DNA of 64,000 nt. Origin: Raillietiella orientalis (lineage: Eukaryota). The position numbers and the translations under genes were made by a program. The stretch is taken from contig JAYWIR010000028.1 of the NCBI GenBank assembly GCA_036172245.1, positions 2,790,001 through 2,854,000 on the forward strand, given 5' to 3'. This document shows, in pieces, positions 57,725-64,000 of this stretch (the first letter of the stretch is position 1; each line of letters opens with the position of its first letter). The notes beneath the pieces are model-generated. The model was not told where the DNA came from. It made no database searches and was given only the letters and a program-made list of their open reading frames with translations.

Positions 57725-60700
57725 ATGGAACATACGTCGGAGATTGCGTCGACACCCACGGAGACACCACAGCCAGTATTCAGCAAAGTGAAGGTGGTCA
57801 ACGGCACGAGATACAAAGGTCTGGAGAAGCGCAGCGGCACTTCCGGGTGGCAAGAGCCCAGCCTCCGCTTCCCGCTTCCAGGTGTCAACATCGATCTGTT
57901 CTCCGACAAGACCGTGCTGACAGTTGAGGACTACGACGAGTGTCCAGGCGAGTTAAAGGTCACGGGTGACCACTGCTGAGAATGTGTTCTAACCTCGGGA
58001 AACGGAACGGATCACTCTTTCTCAGAGGGGAGGGAGGTGCCGCGAGTCGAGAAAAGAGAGGGGAGGGAATGCTGTTCCGAGGGAACTTGCGGTGTCGTCG
58101 GTTACCCTGACTCAAGCTCTGTTCTTCCAGACGTGTTCGGTAACTACGATTCTGAAAAAACTCCAAAAGGAACGAACGAGTAAGGAGCCAGGGGAGCGGT
58201 CTGTTTCCTAGGAAACTGCGTCCTGCAAGGAGTTTGGCGCGAAACCAGCGGTCTCCTCCCCCCTCCCCCCCCCCTTCTCCCTTGGGGCCTTGCCGACGGG
58301 CACTTGCCCTTGATCAGAAATGGGAGAGGACGGCCAGCCGTCTGCGGATGATTTTAGGCGACCATCGCCTTCCAAGCGCTCCCCATCCTTTCCTCCATCA
58401 TCCCTTCCTTCTCACTGTGGCGCATTATCCGTCAAACGCCCGAGGAAGGGCATTTTACTTGATTTGAGCCTGCGGCCGCCGCCGCTGTCCTCCTCTGGAG
58501 GTTCGCCTACGTTATCGGACAGCTACGACTCACCCTTTCTTACCTCGGGGTGGGGGCTCCTGATCCTTTTATAGGGGGTGGGGAAGAGGGGAGAACCCGT
58601 GAGCCGTTTGGCCGAGCGACTGCAGGAACGGGAAAGCCGGAGAGGACTTCCCTCCCCCCCCGTGCGGAAAGAAAGGGTTAAGGTGAACATGTCCGTCCTC
58701 TCGCTCTTCAAGGTTGTCCCCCTCGGAGAAGCACTTCCAGGAGCGCAGGGCTGTCGCCGACTCTAAAGAGGACAGCCAGGAAAAGAAGAATAAAAGGTGA
58801 GTCCCTTGGAATTCCTACCACAGCCTCCTCCCTCGCCACAGCGCTCATGCGTTCCTTTGCCGCATCACGGACGACCGTCCCCCTATACTTGCCCTCTATC
58901 TCACTGACCACGAGACGGCAGCTACGAAATCTATCGACACTTTTCCAGAGCCGTTGCGCGCTCCCAGGACTTCCAGGGTTGTCACCTTCGCTGCCGCCTC
59001 CCTCTTTCTCCCCTGACGACGCCAGCTCCTTGTGGGTGCTCACCCCTCCACCAGTGATCGTGCACCCGATAGGTGATGGAGCGCATCAGGCATTGAGCGC
59101 CACCACGTAGATGGGTTTCGCTCTCCCAAGACTCCACCTCCGGGGGCGTCCGGATTACCTGTCCACCAGGTGACGTGTATGTGACCTGAGATTGCGCTCG
59201 ACAGCGAGCGACGGCGCCATCGGTCTCTGTGCGACACACAGTGATTACCTTGAGGAGAGTCAGCCCAGCTCGAAACCGTCGCGACCCTGAGGTCGTCCCG
59301 ACTGCTTTGCGGAAGCTGGCTCACCTGGGGGAACGGAGACGGAAGGGAATTCATCTTCTTGATCTCCAGCCGACTAGTTCTCCAAAGTCGACTCGGGAAG
59401 GATAGGGAACACCTCCGTGTCTCTTTAGCCCACTTGCGTGGCTGTGCCGAGTGTGTGTGGGTGGGGGGGCTCCAAGGACTAAACCGATCTGTCCTTTAAA
59501 CAGGGCAGGGAGACACTGAAGCAGAGAGTGGCTCGAAGTCCCCCTCCAGCGGAGGTATTCTCACCAACCCCTCGATTTCCTAACTTTTCTGGATAAAGAC
59601 GGGCAGTGCGGTCTTCATGCCAGGACCAATGTGGAGCATCTTCCTTTCTACCCCTCTTCCCCTTCCTTCTCCTCCTCTTCTCAGCGAACGACAGCCAGGA
59701 TGGAGCACACCTCGGTGCTTCTGAAAGACAGTATGACAAAAGTATTTAACCTTTCCCTGCCCCTTCCCCCTCACGCTTCTCGGGATGTGAACGGGAGCAC
59801 GGCGCGATCGCTGCTCCTTCGTTTCCGTGACGACTCACGGGTGCAGACCGCGTTCCTTCAGGCACTCCGTCCTTCGCTCCTCGGAAAGCTCGTATTCCTC
59901 TCAGCGCCCAGAGCCGCGACGGCAGAGAGGAGGAGGAGAAGGGGGAGAGCAGCTTGTGGGGAGAGACTGCGCGAAAATTGCGAGCTTCCCGTTTTGCAGG
60001 CCAGGGAGATGCGCCCGGGGAAAGCGGAATACCAAGAGGAGTAGCGACTGGTCCGATTCCGATAGTCTCGAGGAGCGCAATGGCCACAGCAGAGGGATCA
60101 CGAGCAGGTAATCAGGAAGGTGTCCTTTTCTGTTTCTGCCCCGCTCTCCCTTCTCTTTTCGGGAGGGTGGAGGAGGTTTCCTGGCTTCTCGGGCTCCGAC
60201 TCTTCCTTTCTTTCCCTCTCCCATTCCCCCTCGAAGAGAAGACCTTCCTCGGTGAAGGAGGGTCCGCGCTCTGGCAACACTGCCTTCCAGGACGACCCGT
60301 TTCCGGAAAAACTTCAAGGAGCTGGACGACTCCTTCTCGGACGAGAACTGGGAGAGTGATTGGAGAAGCTCCAGGTGACCGCGCGCGCGCCCGGAGCGAT
60401 CCTTTAGACTGTCATCGACCCCGTCCTGGACGGCTGCTCCTTCTGCTAAGGAATCCGGAGTGGGGTCGGGGAGGAAAGAGAGGAAAGAGGGCGAGCTGAC
60501 GGCGCTTACTTCCTGTTCCAGGAGAGGTGTCAGAAGCGTGACCTTCGGAGCCACCGGGGCAGCGCCGGCCACGTACGGCTACTCCCATCAGGAAAGCGAC
60601 GAGGACAAGGAGGAAAGGTGGGTGAGGAGGCTCCTCCCTTAGAGTCCCTCCTGGGTGTATTCCGGCCCTCGAAGAGGGGCTACAGGTTCTAGAAAAGTTC

Positions 60701-63700
60701 CCTTTGATTCCCGGTCGCTCTCTCCCTCCACGTTCTCCTCTCTTACCCTCCTTTCCGATTGGACTCCCTCTCCTTCGCTTCTTCCCCTTCCCATTCCCCA
60801 TCCCGTTCTTTCCTCAAAGGTGCGGTCGAGGAGACGCCGCTATTCAGCAGGGGGATTCTCCCCCCCCCACACCTTACCCGATCCTCGAGGATGTTCTCTC
60901 GTTTCTGGGTGGTGACGTGCTCCTCCCACCTCCCATGCTTTCCTTCACCTCATCGCGGGGGAGCTCCCAGGAAGTCCTTTGGCAGAAGATCCGCATCTTT
61001 CTTCATCTCATCCCCATCTCCGCTCAAATCTTGACTCTGCTGGCCTTTTGCTTCCTCCTTCCATGCTCTTCTTCCGCTCGCGGAAGATCACCAATGCATC
61101 CTTCCTTCCCGTCCACCGGGATGCGTAAGGAGGAAGGAATTTCTTCCACTGCTCTCTACTCCCTGCAGGGGCAGCGACGGCTCGAGGGAGGGGGAGGGAT
61201 TCTCAACATTCTCAACCCAACATTCCCGCCTCTTCGGGAGGTTGCCTGATGAGACTGCTTCAGGGAAACAAGGAAGGGGGAGGAGGAAGCCTGCCTGGGT
61301 TGAGGCAGGGGCTGACCATGATCGGCGGCTATCCTCATCCTGTTTATCTTTCCAGCAGGGAGGAGCAGACAAGGAAGCATCAACGGCACCAGCGGCAGCC
61401 CAAAGGTAAGTCATCATCTCACCCTTCCTCCCTTCTCCTTGACCCGGTACCTTCCCTCTCCTATTTGGCGAAAAATCTAAAACGCGTGGCATGCCAACGT
61501 AAGGAGAAAGGAGATGCCCCAGAGGCCTCAGGAAAGAGGGAAGGAGAAAACCTAGGATGGGTGGACTCCCTTAGTTCCTTTCCTGTTCTCTCCTCCTTCC
61601 TCTACGGGATATTGGAGTGGGAGGGACTGCGGCTCGCGGGACCGCTCTTAACCCCGAGACAGTGGGGCGCATAGGCCATCTCCTGAGGTCAGCTGTGGCT
61701 GCTCTCAGGAAGGGAGAGGAAGGCAGGAAAGATCGGGAAGAAGTGGTGCGAGGGAGACGACAGAAAGAAGTCAACTGTGCAGCAGGGAAGAGGAGACGGT
61801 GATGAGGCAACATCAGAGAAGAGCAAGGATGATTCTCTAACAGTGAATGGAGGGGAGAAATGGGAGAGAGGAGAAGGAGGAGGGATGAATTTTCCTCTTC
61901 TCCTGTTCGCGGATCTCCTCCTCAGAAAAGCGCCTTCACTTTCCTCTTTCTCTCACTCCCCATCCTCCACCCCAGCTTGAAACGCATTTCTTCTCACCTC
62001 CCCTTTCGTGATGACCCGACCTCGGACAGCGCGCTTCCCTCGTTCTTCCCCGGCTCACCCGGAAGGATCAGGAGCTCGCGACTGCCTCATAGCTCACCCT
62101 GACTTTCCGAGTAGGGAAATGAGAGGCAGGTAAAAGAAAGTAAGAAAAGGGGGACGCACAGGGGTCCCGGAAAAAGAAGGGGGGGAAAAGGGGCCCTCCG
62201 GGAATTCCGAGAGTCCTGTATCACAGTCGGGGAAGGGTGAAGTGGCGGTGAGTGGCGCGCCTTCTGATTCCGCCCCCATCTCCACCCAGCTCGCATCACT
62301 CCTCCCGTCTCTCCACAGAGGGTGCGTTTTCACGTGCGTCCTGCGATGCAGGGGCGGAGGGGGAGGAATCGGAAGGGGGGCGAGCGGGATGTGTGTGCAT
62401 GGGAGAAGGGCAGGACGCTCCCGCGAGATTGACACGAACAGTTTGCATGCGTGGAGAGCTCGAACGACGGACCCGAGAAGGACCTGAGAAGGTGAGAGTG
62501 GGTCGAAAGGGGCAGAAGGGGGAGAGAAAAAGCAAGTGCACACGCTCCAGCCGCCCCCCTCCCCCCACTCACAGCGACGTCGTGTGGGGGAGAGATTTGA
62601 CGGTGGCTGCGGCTACCACTGGGCCTTCTTCCTGCCATCCTGGAGATGGTTTCCTCTCTCCTCCTCCTTTCTCCGCTCGAGCGTGAGCGCCCTCCTGTGC
62701 CTGGGTACTCTGCTCTTCTCCCCCCCGCACCCGTCTCCTCCACCTTGACTAGTCTCCAGATGCCCAACACCTTCCCTTCCTCCCTCTCCCTCTCTTCCGC
62801 TGCAGACCGCTCGGGCGCCTCGGTCTGTCGCGAGGGCTGCAGGCGGGAACCTCGCCCACCCGTCTCTTCAGTGGCGATGCAACTCCCCCATCCCAGTTCC
62901 GGTCTCCATGAGGCTCGGCACCCTGGATCGGCAGTTCTGTTCCCCCTGGTCATCCATCTCGCTTCGAAAATCTCGGAACTAGGGACTCTACGAAGTGGTC
63001 CCCTTTGGATCCCAAGGCTTCGAGGAAGAGGAATACGCTCATGCTGAGATTCCTGCTGAGCTCGAAACCAACCTGCAGCATCCCCTTAGGGAAGAAAAGG
63101 CGAAAGAAGTTTTTTCCGTGGCTTACCGGAGCTCTCTCCATCGCTTCTTTACGCGCTCTTTCTCGTCAACTACCGGCGGATAAGCTGGGTTCGTGAGGAA
63201 TGGTCGTGGCGCAGAAGAGCTTAGAGATCCCCACCTTGTCGTTCCTTCTAGGGATGACTGCTAACTCCCTCATGCGTAGAGCCCTCAAGAAGGAAGAGAC
63301 CGGAAGAGGGAAGGCGAAGAGGAAGGGAACTTGTCCCTCCCTCGCCCCCTTTCTGAAGAGGCCTTGAACTCAAGGAGACCTCTGGCGGCGAACCTGCTTG
63401 TGGGGAGGAGGACCTGGCGGTCCAGACCTTTTCGAATCTCCCTTTGGGTCCCGTCGGTCATCAACAAAGAGCCTGAGGCTGCACAGTAGTTTGTGCTCGT
63501 CTCGTACCACCTCTAGGCATGGCCACCATGGGGTGCGGATAAGCCGAGGAAAATGGCTAAGCTCTCTTAGTGGTTTCTTGTCTTGGAGGCGCCGCTGGCC
63601 ACGGTGCCGGCACGTCTCCGTGCCACTCGCCCGCCTCCGAAAACAGGGAGTAACCGTCAAGTTCCGAAGCGAGGTCAGAGATCGATCGCGGTCTCTTCCC

Positions 63701-64000
63701 AGGATCCCGGCCAGGGGTGTTCCTTGAACGCGTCTTTCAGGTGATCGCCGTAAGAACGAGACCATCGACAACTCATCCATGAGCAAAGAGGAGGAGGACG
63801 AGGATTCCTCCAAGGAGCAGAAACAAGAAATGTGGACGGAAGCGCGATCTCTGCTGGACCACCCTGGTGTGGAAGAAGCGAACCAAACAAGGAACGTCAC
63901 GTTTTCCGGGAGCAAAAGGTCCGAGCCAGTGCCCGGAGAAGTCCCCTCCGCGTCCACGCCGAAAGTTCAGGAGAGCACGGGGAGCACTCCTTCAGCTGGA
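57725..64000 (+). CDS. 5' part of an unidentified multi-exon gene encoding a charged, largely disordered protein with two RVxF-type motifs; continues beyond the window
   Basis: Phase-consistent exons (57658/ATG 57725)-57818, 57882-57947 (GC donor AG|gcgagt), 58131-58179, 58713-58796, 60000-60107, 60291-60374, 60522-60617, 61356-61405, 63647-63673, 63741->64000. Translation: MEHTSEIASTPTETPQPVFSKVKVVNGTRYKGVNIDLFSDKTVLTVEDYDECPDVFGNYDSEKTPKGTNELSPSEKHFQERRAVADSKEDSQEKKNKRPGRCARGKRNTKRSSDWSDSDSLEERNGHSRGITSRTTRFRKNFKELDDSFSDENWESDWRSSRRGVRSVTFGATG...QTRNVTFSGSKRSEP... Confidence 0.72.

Noticed and set aside
57948..57979. ORF 57650-57979 as a terminal exon ending in TGA
   Set aside because: A GC donor at 57948 with an intron-closing stem and eight further phase-consistent exons explains the region better.
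59320..59346. - strand pyrimidine tract + CAG|GTGAGC (recursive splice-site-like)
   Set aside because: The gene here is on the + strand and no - strand transcript is evident.

Overview
Eukaryotic (animal, probably arthropod-like) genomic DNA with spliceosomal introns. I found no prokaryotic features, rRNA, tRNA, CRISPR array or transposon ORF. Three genes are confidently identified: Bicaudal-D-related dynein adaptor (BicDR, +, 10 exons, 12403-23933), Pin1 prolyl isomerase (+, 29127-29953) and PRRC2/nocte (-, 42507-34429). Four further spliced genes are modelled by hand without a family assignment: the 3' end of a + gene (277-2842), a small - gene (~28256-27864), a coiled-coil - gene (34102-29981) and a disordered RVxF-containing + gene (57725 to window end). 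The main observation is intron architecture. Short introns cluster at 42-55 nt, often with almost no polypyrimidine tract. Nearly every longer intron inspected (67 nt to 6 kb, GC-rich or AT-rich, either strand) has complementary sequence near its two ends or an internal hairpin, leaving an unpaired length of about 36-58 nt in most cases (a few 67-74 nt). This suggests a fold-to-length ('ruler') splicing system. The large non-coding blocks (3.6-12 kb, 24-27.5 kb, 44-57.6 kb) also carry many hairpins. All pairings were read by eye; no folding energies or database searches were run.
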